Assembly (NCBI GenBank): GCA_028023455.1
Contig: JAQFVV010000005.1
Coordinates: forward strand, 14,322,001-14,386,000
From: Epiperipatus broadwayi
Lineage: Eukaryota; Animalia; Onychophora
Length of the DNA stretch: 64,000 bases
Direction: 5' to 3'
Below are positions 1 to 13,175 of the stretch, in pieces. Each line of letters begins with the position of its first letter. Positions within the stretch are counted from its first letter, which is position 1. The notes under the pieces were generated by a model. The model saw only the letters and a list, made by a program, of their open reading frames with translations. It was not told the origin of the DNA and did not search any database. The position numbers and the translations under genes are program-made.

Positions 1-1099
1 GAGTCATGAGTCTGCTTTGATACCTGCAGTGGCAGAGCTCATCAGGATAGATATATTGTTCTAGTAATCAGGGTGCTGCTCATTTTCAGGTACAATTGTT
101 GTTGTTGCACCTTCTGTATTCCTCATTTACTTCTCTGTAGGTACATCTGCTTTGTTGTGGATTCATCTGGATTAGTGAGAGTTCATGTGCTCTGTTGGAT
201 GTCCATCTGCATTGTTGGGTTGGATTTAAACTTTTTATTCTTAGATTTGAGTTTTCCATTTCCTTGTTATGATTGAATTTATCCAGCTTCATGGCTGTTA
301 TAATTTGGGTTGATTGTTACATTCTTTAGGTTCTTAATGGTTTAGTAATTAGTTTAATTAAATACAATTTATTTTCCATACTCTTAAGTATATAAAGTGT
401 ATATCTAGGTGTGTACACAACTCCTGAGCATCAACAAATGCTTTTTTATGTTCACATCGGTTTTTGTCTTAAACTGCTCGTTCACATGAAAAATTTCTAC
501 TACATTTTATAATTTTGAAACTAAGTTGATTATATTTTATATTAAATGATAAATCCAGTCTAATCCCAAGCTTAATATTCAATAGATTTCTTATTATCAT
601 CTTCTTTGGAATGTTAAATTTTTTATTTTCATTGGATTCTTTAACTTCGATTGCTTAGCCTTTTTGAAGATTCATAATTGTATGTGTGTTACTTCATCTA
701 TAAATATTACAACATATATAAATTTTGCAAGGGCATTTTAAATTAAACAAAGTATATATATATCAACTGCAAGATTAAAATTTTTCCCAGCACGTATAAG
801 GATTTGAATGCATTCTGTTTTTCATTTACTTTTATATATCACTAACTAAATGTTATTCATAATTCCAGAAGATTTCATCATATCTGGAGCAAATTACATC
901 AATATATGTGCATCATAAACTATTAAGTTATCGGAATCTTCATTCCATTAACTTTCAAATTATGCATTAATACTTGTTTTGCATGGAATTCCAGATTTAG
1001 TAAATGCCTCGAATTGTAAATTCTTCACTTGAACTTCATTACTTTCAAACACTGTCAGACTACACTCCAACTTTAATCGTTTCTTTGATTCATAACCTC

Positions 1100-3760
1100 T
1101 TATTTAAATTATATCAAACTTTCTTATTTCATCCATTCTTCTCATATGCAATTTTTTTTAGGTCTTCTACAATTTCTTGGAATCAATTTAGAGCTTTCAT
1201 TATCCATTTGTCATCATCTACCAATATGTCTAGCCAGCATTTTAGTGTTAATTTTTTTTAATATCAGTGATAGTTGTTATCTCTTGCATCTATTTAGTTT
1301 TTGATGGTTTATTACTTCAAACACATTTATTCCAATACTTTTCTGAGTGATCTAAAGTTTTTGTATTACAGTTAAATGTTTAATTCACAGATTCATTAAG
1401 TAGGTATTAATGAAATATATATGAGTGCTGGTTCAACACAAAACATGCATCTGGAGACCATTTATATTTTCACATCTTTTCTCACATGTTTCAAGAATGT
1501 AAAATAAAATAGAAGTTTGAAATATATCTAAATATATATATCTATAAATGAAGTTAAATTTAAGTATATCTAAAACTGTGTATATGAAGTTAAATTATAA
1601 CACATGCTATGTATATGTGACTTATTTGAAAAATTGAAGTGGTTGTTTCAAAATGCACCCATAGTGAAGAGAAATGGTCTGATGATTATGAGAAAAATGA
1701 GTTGGTGAATGAAGATTTTTTTTTTAATCACTTCCATCAGAAATTAATAGCTGTAAAGTGAATAAACATCTTCATGCTCTCAAACTAGATACTTTAGATT
1801 GGCCTATATAACTAAATTTAGATACAAATAATAACACAGTTGGTAAAAACAAAAAAATTGAAAATATATATTGCATTGCAGTGATTGTATGCCCTCCACA
1901 AGATATTAGAAATAGATATAAATCAAATCTTACTTTATGAGTAATAGTTATTGAAACTGAAACATAGGTAAAGAAATTTGGATGTTGATACCTCTGTAAC
2001 ATTTCAGACATATTACTCATTGAGATTTAAAGTGTATATTTTGGTTAGGAATAATCTCTACTTTACTAAACTATTAATAACAATCATTAATATATTTATA
2101 TAAAGTGGCTTGTGTTAAAATGGGGAATATAAATAGTTAGACAATTTTAATCAAACTGAAGTAATTTTCTATCTATACATCCTAAAAAACAAATGAAGAT
2201 AAGATTGTGATCTGAGCCAAATGGTAAATACTCGTTAAAGGTAAATCTTGAGGTTCAGTTATTTTCTTCATGTCTTTGGTCATATATTTCTGGAATGAGT
2301 AATGGAATAAAAATTATTTATATATGAAGTTAAATTTAAGTATATCTAAAAATGTATATATGAAAGTAAATTATAACATGCTCTGTATATTTTACTAACT
2401 TGAAAATAGAAAAGTGGGTGTTTCTAACGCACCCATAATGAGAGAGATTGGTCTGAATTCTGTTTAGATGGATAGTTGTGATAGAATTGAGTTTCCTTTT
2501 AATATTGAATTGTTTCTGCTAAAAGTACAGCATCCAAATTTAATTCTATAATTAATTTTATGTTTCTATCTATATTAATAATTTTACCAAGGTCTTTCCT
2601 AGTTGTTAACTCTAATTCATAATTATCAAATTTTACTTTCTTTTTCTGAGCAAATCAAATGATCATTACTTTAGTTTTTTTAGTATTTATCTTTAATTCT
2701 ATTTTTCTACTATCATTCCAATAACTCTGGCAACATTGAAGCATTATTTGCAAAACAAAATAACTACCTTATCTGAAATACCTAGATGATTTAAATATCT
2801 ATCTGCTTTTATTCCCTTAGCTTTCCATTTTAATTCATCAATTCTTTTTGTAAAATTGCTATAAGAAGTTTTAGAGATATGAAATTAATTTGTTAAATAC
2901 TCTTCTCAATGTTAATCTTCTTAGCTTCAGCACACAACATAATTACTGCTGTTACATTGTGATATACATTCTTTAGAGTATGTCTGTATTCTGGGTCTAT
3001 ATCTTGATGATCTAAAGCTTTGATCACTGTGGAAATGCTTATGAAATCAAATGTCTTTTCATAGTCAACAAATTCAAAGCATAACAACAAACTGATATTC
3101 ATTGATCCTTTCTATATTTTTTCTCAATTCTTAGATATTATCCATTATACTTAAGCATTTTAAAATCAATCATGTGTTCATATTTGATTTGAATGTTCAC
3201 TGTAAATTGTACCGGTAAAGATTTTGTATAAATCTCATGTAAGATTCATAGCTTTGTAAATTTGTCTTCCTTATCAACTTTCTTAAATATTATTATTACT
3301 ACTATATTCTTTGAATCATTTCTTAAATTTTTATCATTTGGATATTTGATATATAACTTGACTAAGAATTTTTCTATTTCTCCATTTAAAATACTTGGCA
3401 ATTTGGAACTTATAGTAATTGTAGGAAATACTTTGTTTTCTTGTTCTTTATTACTATGCAATTATTTATAGAAATCTTCCACACATTTCATAATGTCATC
3501 TCTTTTTAGTAATAATTCTATCTTATTACTGAAACAACTTTCCTTCCAATACCAAATCCCCATTCTACAGCTTTCCTTGCCAATTCAATTATATCATTAT
3601 TTCTTCATATATTATCTTATATCAAATTATTTAATTATGAATTATTAAATTGTCTTCACATACATTCTTTTTAAAGCTTCATTTGGTGTTTCTTTAGAGC
3701 TTTAATTTATCATCAAGATATTATGTGACTATCATTATAAATTGCACAATTTTATACTAG
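1100..3760 (-). mobile_element. Degenerate RTE-clade LINE ORF (RT domain plus C-terminal region), fragmented
   Basis: ORF 2893-3102 reads FVDYEKTFDFISISTVIKALDHQDIDPEYRHTLKNVYHNVTA (RT motif DYEKAFD). ORF 3246-3461 reads NDSKNIVVIIIFKKVDKED. Manual minus-strand translation near 1150-1260 gives DDKWIMKALN, like the RTE C-terminal 'WAGHIAR..D.RWT.K.L.W' region. Many stops and frameshifts; boundaries approximate. Confidence 0.75.
1543..2456 (+). repeat. Dispersed direct repeat of about 140 bp, two copies (1543-1682 and 2319-2456)
   Basis: Both copies share tgaagttaaatttaagtatatctaaaa...aaattataaca...gcacccata...ggtctga; offset about 775 bp. Confidence 0.8.
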
Positions 3761-5226
3761 TTTATGCATTAATCACATTTAAGAGAAGTTTATTTCATTA
3801 AAAATTGTATCATACACTTTTCTCTATTTTATAAGACTCCATTTAAATTTCATTTATCCTGGCAGATACTGATGTTAATTCAGAAATAAAAGCCATGACT
3901 CCATTAATCTTAACTAAGTTTTATTATAAATGTTTTCCCCTTTCAACTTACTTTGACATTTGTGAGAATTATTATTTGCAACATAATCAATATCTCAACT
4001 GTTATTTATCAATATTTTTCCATAATTTCCATTAAATAAAATACTATTATTCAAGAAAATTAATTAAATGGCTTTCAATAATTATCAAATTAACATTATA
4101 TTTATTACTTATTCTGTTTAAATTCTCCACTTGTTTATAAATCATGATTTCTCTACTTGAATGTACCAATACTAATTACTAATGATTTAGTCAAATGACT
4201 TTTAATAGATTATTTGGAATTGCAATTTAACTTATCGTGAAACAGAAAGAAAATAATTTAATGTAATTTAAGCATTATTTTATATACTATTGATGCACTT
4301 TTCATTATTTATTTATAGTCAATATTATCTAAAACTCTATTAGGAACGAATGAAATATTGCTGGTATTTTAATTATTCAAGATAAAACTGTTATGAGAAT
4401 ATTTATTATATATATTTTGACTACCCGCATTATTGTATTAGGTATCAATAGTTTCGAGTATATTTGCAAAAATTTAATGTAATTAACATAATATTCATTG
4501 TACTATCTTATTATTATTGTAATTGAATTCAATTTAAATCCCAGAAGAGAGAGAGTATTGTTTTTAACTTTTGATACATGTTAACAATTGATACCCACCA
4601 ATTATTATTTCATTAACTTAAACATTTAGATTAGTAAATCAAAATATAATAAAATGAAGTATTCTTGAAGTGTATGAGAATAAATCTTTATATGTGATAT
4701 AATTGAATTTCTAGGTAAACAAATGTTTCTAAATATTATTTTGAGAAGTAATTATTAAATTTATATGTGAAATTAAACGTTTTGCAGGCAAACGATGAAG
4801 TGAGAATAATTCAAAGTTAGTTGTATTCTATTGATATTGTCTTTGTCATATTAATAAAAATTATGGATGTATTCCCTCTTTAGAAATAACTTTTAAATTA
4901 TGAATATTTGCAGTTTTTAAATATAAATGTTTCCTTTGTTATTTATGAAGATGTATTTTCTTCTATAGCATATCATTTTGTTATTTAGTGAATAAGACAG
5001 ACCAAAATTTATTATTCCATCAGTTTTCTTTACTTAGTATTTTTGAATTTGATTATTCACTGAACTTACTTTTTTGTGTTTAAAGACAAAACACATGTTT
5101 ATTTCCTAAGAGTATATTTAACATCATACATGTTAAATAAACTTCAATGTTAAGAGAAAAATTTAGATCTATCAAACTATAATAGCATGTCATAGATCAC
5201 ATGCCCCTATCTCTTAAGCTCGTAAG

Positions 5227-5450
5227 TTATAAACAATGAGGGTTTCCAATTCCTCAACAAGCTTTGTGATAAATGCTTAACCAGAGCCAGCACTTAAAAC
5301 CTACCCTGGCACCTCTCTGAGGAGTGCCAAAGCACAAAACCATGGTTAGAGATTTGGGTAGGTTCCTGACAGAGATATTTTAAGTGCTGGCTCTGGCTAA
5401 GCATTTATCACAAAGCTTGTTGAGAAATTGGCAACCCTCATTGTTTATAA
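5227..5450. repeat. Fold-back element: 73-bp arms (5227-5299 / 5378-5450) with a 78-nt loop containing a hammerhead motif
   Basis: ttataaacaatgagggtttcc...gccagcacttaaaa is reverse-complemented by ttttaagtgctggc...ccctcattgtttataa with only a few mismatches. Confidence 0.92.
5311..5353 (+). ncRNA. Minimal type-I hammerhead ribozyme motif with G12>A substitution (probably inactive)
   Basis: acctct CTGAGGA GTGC caaa GCAC AAA ACCATGGT T agagat. Stem I has 5/6 pairs, the core is CUGANGA, stem II is a perfect 4 bp, stem III is the palindrome ACCATGGT and the cleavage triplet is GUU. GAAA reads AAAA. Confidence 0.75.
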
Positions 5451-5825
5451 TATGCATGTTTTTATTATTATACTAAAACAAAATGTTATTACTACCCTAA
5501 AAACAATGTTTTATCAATAAATATTTGTGCAGAGGAACTTTTTAATTATTTTAATGATAAATGTTTTAATTGTCAATATTAAGAAAACAATTATTCTTTA
5601 AGCATAGCAAATATAATTACATTCATTAATAACTTATTAGCTACTGTCATCCCTGCTTACAATCAATGTCTCATAGATACTATAATTGTTTTAAATTGCA
5701 CTAATGTAATTCTAGAATCATTTTAATAAAAGTTGTTTTAAAATCATATTTGAAGTCACAGAATTAAAACCTTTGAAAGTTTCTTTCATTAATGATTTTA
5801 TGGAAATATTATTTCTAAAATTGAA

Positions 5826-7620
5826 TTAAAGAATTGTATAGAAATTACAATGGTATTATGATCAAGGAAATGTGGCTTCATGATAGTTCAAAACCTTCTC
5901 ATAAAATCTTTGTAATCACAGAAACATTCAAGTAATTCAGTATTCACACGTCAATCCTTAGTTTTTTTTACAATATAGCTGCAATGGGGAATAAGTAACA
6001 TGGATATTTCTTTTGTTTTGTCAGATTATCTTTAAATACAAAATTACAACTATTTTTTCCTTTATGTGTTTTTTGTCTTTGTAAAAAAGTTTTTTGAGTA
6101 ACTTTATAATTACACATATCCCATTACAAAGATTTTCTTTTATGTAACTTTAAATGATTTCTTATAATTGCACAATGAACTAAACATTTTTTTACAAGAA
6201 TTATTTCATGTTATTTTAAATGTTTTTTCTAGTCATCTGGAAATCACATAAGGTGTACTGGAAATGGTTTTTTTTTTCCTATACCAGTTGTTTCATGTAA
6301 TTAAAAACTTTTTTTTTTCTCTGACTTGAAATTACATTAAGATGCACTGGAAAAGTTTTTCTTAATTGCAAATTCATATATTTTAAAATTACATTTTACA
6401 GTTGTATTGTAACTGCACAAGTTGTAATGAAAAAGGTTTCAGGTGTTTTTTCCCACATAAGCTACATTGAAATTTTTTCTCTCCAATATTTTTTTAATTT
6501 ATTTTTAATCATTTCCAAGGAATTTTGAAAACTCACTGCACTGAAAAGATTCCTTTCCAGTATCATTTAGTTTCATATATTCTTAATTTATATTTTGCAG
6601 CATAACAGAACCTGCATTAAAAATGTTTTTTATACAAGTTATATAATGTAAATTTCAAGTACTTTTTGTAAGTTGTCTTGAAATCACACAATAGTGCTAT
6701 AAATAGTTTCTCCCGATATGAGTTATTTCATGTACTTTAGTCTACCTTTTATAGTATTTTTATACTTCACATAAGAATGACTGAAAGTTTTATGCAGTAT
6801 GAATTCCTTCATATATTTTTAAAAATAATTTTAAATTACCTTTTGTTTTAAATTTTTTTAATATAATCTTTGAGATATTTTGTAACTGCATCAGTTGCAC
6901 TGAAAAGACTTTTCTCATGTGTGAAATCTTCCAAATATTTTTTACATATTTTTGTCTTGTAATCACACAAAGAATACTGAAAAGGTTTATTTTCTATGTG
7001 AGTTATTTCATCTAACTTTAAATAACTTTTACTGGTTTTGAAGTTACGCAAGGTACATTGAAAAGCCGCCACCCCACCCTTTTATAAATTATTTCATGTA
7101 TTTTTAAATCATCTTTTACAATTATCTTATACACATATTTGCAACAACTGACAATTTCCCCACCCACCCCCTACCATATTATTTCATAAATTTTTACCTC
7201 ACTTGTGTTTAAATTCATTTTTTTTGCTCTTATCTGATACAAATTGCACAATCTATATTGAAAAGGCATATCTATAGTACAAGTTATTTTATATATATTT
7301 AAAAAATTATTTTTTGGATAGCTCTGTAATTGAAGACAGCATACTGGAAAGATTTATCAATTATAAATTCTTTCATATGAATTTATTTGCACCTACAGTG
7401 AAATAGGCTTTTCTCCAGAATGGCTTATTTCATGCAGTTTTAAATATTTTTTTAACATCCTTGTAATAATTAAGTCCCATTAGATGCATATTTTTTTTTA
7501 CTGTGTATGAGATTTTAATGCATTTTTAAATTAATTTTTAAAGCAATCTTCATACTTTATAATTAGCACTGGAAAGACTTTCTAGGTATTTCCTTCGTGT
7601 GTTTTAAATGAGATTACATC
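5826..7620 (-). pseudogene. Heavily decayed C2H2 zinc-finger paralogue (copy A)
   Basis: The 3' end at about 5820-5950 aligns by eye to the stop region of the 25590 ORF (aattgaattaa...gtata...aatgg...gaaatg..gcttcatgat). ORF 6848-7072 gives FQCTLRNFKT and KPFQYSLCDYKT. Finger-like periodicity with many frameshifts. Confidence 0.85.
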
Positions 7621-8738
7621 AAAATGAAATTGCACTAATTTCATTAAAATATTTCAATATAAAAGTTTTTATTCACTTTAAGAATTCTAATAACAAAAAC
7701 AATTTGTTCAAACTGTTCAATCTTATAAAGGCTCTAGAAATAGATAATAAATAGAACGTTCTCTTTCTTACAAAAGATTCTCATATGTTGGAACTTCTAT
7801 TGTGAATATAATAATTCTAACTGAAGATCTTTAAAATTGAAGTTTTCCCGATAATATTCCCTGCCAATCTCTACAAAAAAAGAGAGCAATTTGTACATCA
7901 CTGTCATTTTGGTAAGACTATGTCCTGTATCATATTATATTTACTTAACAGTAAATGATTTCTTTATGTTTGATATAAAAATAAAATAAACTATGCAATT
8001 GAAATAGATTAAACAAATTAAAAATTACTTTGAGATAAACATCAAAAGTTCAGCTATGTAAAAAAAAATGTTAAAGACAATTTAAAAAAAAAAATTGTTC
8101 TATAAAAGCAATAAATTTTTTACATCATATAAAAAAATTCAAATGAATGTAATTTTTGTTCATTTCACAAATGTACAACAAAAAAAAAAGGTAAAAAATA
8201 ATAAACAGAAAATTGGCAGGACTTTCATAGAAAAATAAACCTCACATTAAAATGGATCAAAATGTAAGTCACATAATTCTAAGATAATTTCACAGATCAC
8301 TTACTCATGTCTTTAAGATTACTATTCTCTCAGAATAATGGAAACTTTTGAACCAAAGTAAGATTTGAGCTTACCAAAGTGATTTTGAGAATCACAGCTT
8401 AAAAAGATGATCACATTAAGTAATTACAGCAACAAAAATTTGCTGCAAGCAATTGTAATCACAAAACAATATTTAACTCTCCCCCCCAAAAAAAATATAG
8501 CAAAAAAACTGCAATAGTTCAACAACCATAGGTCCTACATCTTTATCCATATTTCAGTATCTTCCAAAATAATCTGGCATGAACATCACAGAATAGCCAA
8601 ATAGGCATTTGAAAGCTACTGTTTTGCAATTGGATGCTGCGACAGACATAGCAATGTCATAACACAAGTCAATATCTGGTTGGAAGAGTAATTATATGAA
8701 GCAAATCTTTAGTCATATTTTATCTAACTTCTGAATTT

Positions 8739-8845
8739 TTTTTTTCATGTCATAGCATTGGCCGGGACGCGAACCCACAACCGTCTGCAACCAACTACTT
8801 GCTTGCAAGGTGGCTGCAATGATCTCTCGGCTAACAACGCTTGAC
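8739..8845 (-). mobile_element. tRNA-derived retroposon (SINE or processed tRNA-like copy) with A-tail and 13-bp TSD
   Basis: The minus strand has an A-box-like TAGCCGAGAGATC, a B-box-like GGTTCGCGTCCC, a 6/7-bp acceptor-like stem and an oligo-A tail (T-run 8736-8745 on plus). It is flanked by the direct repeat aacttctgaattt at 8726-8738 and 8846-8858. Confidence 0.8.
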
Positions 8846-8949
8846 AACTTCTGAATTTACTCATGGTGTTCTTCAAAAGAAGCATATTAAACCAATTGCC
8901 TTCTGCTTCTTCTTAAATATGATAATATTACTCGACTTGATCAGCAAAT

Positions 8950-10330
8950 AATACCATTCGATGGTCTAGTCAGCTGGCAATAGTCAACCATATCTGAAAT
9001 TTAATCATTTATTTCAACCCACAGCTTTCTTCCTCTAAATCACTCCAGAATACATCCTTATTTCATCCATTCATTTTGCAATATCCTTTACAATCCATTG
9101 GAATCACTTTAAACTATGTCTTAATTTTTTCAATACCTGTTTGTTCAATCAGTCATGTATTTCATTTTCATTAAACCCAAAATCCATCTCTCCATGCTTC
9201 ATTATATAATCTGAAGTCCTTACTCTTCAAGCATCCAAGTCTTAGATCCATATTTAAGAATTGATAAAGCACATCTATTAACATACTTCTTTTTCAGATT
9301 TCACATATATCCTTTTAATATGAGGTCTACCAAAATGTAATTATTTTCAATTCTACAATTTATGCCATTCCTTACATTACAATTAATAATCTAATCAAAG
9401 TATTTGCTGTCAATTCTCCTAATTCATAGTTATCAATCTTTACTTTCTTCTGAGAAAAAACACTGAACATTATTTTTTTACTGTTTATCTTTAGTTCTAC
9501 TTCTATGTTTCAGCTAATAACATGAAACATTATGTGGAGATCTTGAGCATTATTGTCACTCTCAAATCTGAATGATTAAATAATGCCTATACAATTTATT
9601 CTATGAATTCATCATTTTAGTCCTCAGAAAACCCCTTAAACTACTGTAAAAAGATTTGGAAATATAGAAACATCTGTCTGTGTTAATCTTAAGCAATGTT
9701 GTCGCATTTTTATAAATATTCTTCAGATTATGATAATAACGCATATCTAAACATTAATGATCCAATGTCTTATTCATCATGCAAATGGTCAAGGAATCAA
9801 ATGCTTTTTCATAATCAACATATCCAAAGCATAATGACAAATTATATTTGTCATTTCCACAACTTCTAATATTTAGATGTGATTTAAACCTAGCTTGTTC
9901 TTTTTGTTGGTTTTAGTAAAGATCTTATATAGAACTTATAGAAAACTGATAAATCTATTTTCTGATCTTTTTTTCATATCAATATCACTACTGCCTTTTA
10001 CCAATCATTTCGTACTTCTTAATCATTTAGACAATTTGCATATAATTTTACCAAATTTCTCCATTTTTTCTTCTGCTATTTTAGAACATCACACACTTAA
10101 AAACATTTAACAAACCTTCTAAAATCTAATTTCAATAATTACAGAAAAAATCTCACCCTTCTTGTTTAACTATTGTATCTCCCATTCCTATTTTTTTATT
10201 ACCACTTTTATCATCACTCAATTTTCTAAATAATTAAAACACTATAATCTAACAAATGCTTACTTTTAACCTCATCACTCATTTAAGATTGATTTAGCAT
10301 GGTCACTGTAAACTTTCCAAATACTATTAA
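8950..10330 (-). mobile_element. Degenerate RTE-clade LINE RT and C-terminal region
   Basis: Manual minus-strand translation gives NDW*KAVVILI*KK, VLYKIFTK, YVDYEKAFDS and LKNIYKNAT, matching RTE RT motifs. Multiple stops. Confidence 0.75.
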
Positions 10331-10399
10331 TACATAACATCATATTAATCCCTTCTCACTACACCCTGTGTAGTTTAATGCAATAGTAGACCCAACAGT

Positions 10400-11330
10400 T
10401 AAAAGTTTCTCAATCACATCTCATCCTGATTCATAAACAGCTTGATTTCATGAGCAACTAACAATATCCCAATTACTTGCATGATTATTATACGATATAG
10501 ATAATCCCTTTACTCCTAATGCTAATTCCATCACTATCAAACAAAATTTGATTGTCATTTAATAATTCTTTACACATTAAACAAAACAAGATAAACATAT
10601 CTCTGATCAATCTCTCCATACATATCTCTTCTGTGAGATTATTTAACTTTACTAATCCCTCCCTATATCTATCTTCTGTAATACAATTTAACATTATATA
10701 TGACGTAAATTCCATTACTCTAAGCATACATTAGATAAACTAGAGAACATTCTCCCTTCTTAATGCTCTATCCTATATTAATCTTCTGTAAGACCACATG
10801 ATATTGCACTTAATACATATACAAATTTTCAAATATTTTTAATTTTTTTGCTTAACAAATTATTTAACAAAATAATGTGATTTCTCTATCAATTGTTTCA
10901 TAAAATCAACAAAATAAATATGAACAATTATTTTAATTATTCAAATTGTATTTCTTACCACTAACTTTTCTAAATGCAAAATGTTTTTTCCAAAGTTAGA
11001 TATTGTATCTATTCAAGACTCTCAACAAGATTTTAGTCACGAGTGAAATTATGCTAAATGTTCTAAAATGTTTGCATTTCACTGAATTAGTCCTTTCTCT
11101 AGTGAAATCATAAATGTCAATACCATATCCACTTCTGTAGATGAATAAAAAGACACAAAGATTGTTATGCAGATCATCCCACCTTTTTATATTTTTGGTA
11201 GCACTTAAGATTTTTATAATTATATAAATGACAATGTAATTAAAAACAGCATTAGGTATAATCAAAGGCCTATTGATAAATTGATATAGCCTCATTCATA
11301 GATATTGTAACTATATATAAAAATGAAAAA
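10400..11330 (-). mobile_element. Second RTE-type RT fragment
   Basis: ORF 10996-11295 ends with KCKHFRTFSIISLVTKILLRVLNR, similar to 'C.NYRTISLISH.SKILL.II..R' in RTE RTs. Adjacent frames are decayed RT-like sequence. Confidence 0.6.
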
Positions 11331-12595
11331 AGCTAGGTAATATAGAGCTAACAATACTCCTCAAAAATGATTATAAATAAATAAAAAATAATATCTCAGG
11401 GCTTTATAAAAAATTAATTATAAATAAATTTTAAATTGATATAGCTGAATAACAAAGAACATTTTATTGTATCCAACTAATGTATATTCTATAATTAATT
11501 TTACGTAACTTTTAAGATGTTAGTGTATTAATACAATTAAGCAACTAATGTTGTAATGAACATATATACTCTTGATTAACTACATCATAAATACAAAAGC
11601 AAAATATTATAAATAACTATACTTTCCTTATTAATTGTAATAATCTCAATTCTTCAGCTATGATAATAATAAAATTTTAAAAGCATCATATTATAAAATG
11701 AAATATAGTATTTTATATATTAATAACTTTTATTAGGCATTCATTAGATTAGAGATTATCCACTTAATGAATTCCATATAGAAATATTATTCATTAAATG
11801 GGTAATCTCTAATCTATAAATGACTAATAAAAATTATTAATATACTTCCACCAAGAGGTTTGTGCCAAAATTGTGAGGGCAGTAAGTTTGATATTTATAA
11901 ATTAAGCTGTTGTAATTGGCTATCTATATACAATAAACAATGATGAAGATATGTGTAGGAGATTGTGATCTGGGTCAACCGATGAATGCTGGCTCAGCAC
12001 AAGATGTACATCTTAGGCATCATATATCTTTATCACATTTTATGTTTATATTACACCCCTGCACAAGGTGTTACAAGTGGATAGAAACCACTCCCCACCT
12101 TGCATGAGAATGGTACTGTAAAAATTACACTACAGAAATATTCGCTAAATAGTATTTGTATGTTATCATAGATTACCAGCCAGGTAACAATGCAAGAATA
12201 CAAAAACATGAGAATCAAATTAATTTAAATAAATATGTTTATTTACAAAATATAATTAATGATAAAAATATTAATAATAATAAAACAAAAATAGCAACAG
12301 CAGGATGTCATCTCGGATTTTTATGAAATATAAATATTTTTATTAAGTACATTCAATATAACTAATATATATATAAATGTTTATTCAATACATGTTGTTA
12401 AAACAAATTTAAATAATAAAGGTTGTTCATCAAAGTGAAAATGTGCTTTTATAATGATTATTCTAAAATATATTCATTAAATATGTTGTTTTATTTGATC
12501 TTTATATATTTTATAATATAACTTTGTCAATCTATATTTACTGCAATTCATCCGTGTAAAATTTTACAATATGTATTACCTACTATATTTAATAC

Positions 12596-12772
12596 AGTAC
12601 TTTAGAATTTTTCCTGCTATGACATATTACTCTAGTCTTCCAATCTTTAAGATAACATCTCCAAGTGATTTGTGTGCAAACTTAATTGATAACATTTTAC
12701 ATGGAGACGTTATCTTAAAGATCGGTAGAGTAGAGTAATACATCTTTGAGGTAATACGTCATAGTAGGAAAA
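12596..12772. mobile_element. Fold-back MITE-like element, copy 1
   Basis: ttttcctgctatgac...ctttaagataacatctcca pairs with tggagacgttatcttaaag...gtcatagtaggaaaa. Homologous to 13014-13175. Confidence 0.75.
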
Positions 12773-13013
12773 GTAATATGTCCCCAGATGTAATACATCG
12801 GAGCACATGTAGTAGAGACATAGGGAGTAGAGACATGTTACACAAATATTTCTGTATAAAAAATAGAAAATTTTCAATTAAATATAAATTCAAATTTAGG
12901 TCATTTTTACAAAAAAAAAAGCAATCTTCTCTATATACTGCAAGTCTGTCATAAAGTGCGACTTGTTAATGAAATAAAATGGCCATGTAAAAAAACGTGA
13001 TAAAAGGTATTAT

Positions 13014-13175
13014 GGCACTTCAGTATTTTCCCTGCTATGAAGTATTACCCTGAAGACATATTACTCTAGTTTTACAATCTTTAAAATAATATCTCCAAGT
13101 TATCTTAAAGATCATAAAACTAGAGTAATATATCTTTGGGGTAATACGTCATAGCAGGAAAAATACTAAAGTACC
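13014..13175. mobile_element. Fold-back MITE-like element, copy 2 (possibly Kolobok-like)
   Basis: Nearly wholly palindromic 162 bp (ggcacttcagtatttt...aaaatactaaagtacc), flanked by ttat on the left and ttaa on the right. A TTAA target with GG termini would fit Kolobok, but the left site is imperfect. Confidence 0.7.

Noticed and set aside
1-54. Hammerhead at CTGATGA (minus strand, 45-39)
   Set aside because: Stem II is irregular, there is no GAAA and no matching stem I before the window edge.
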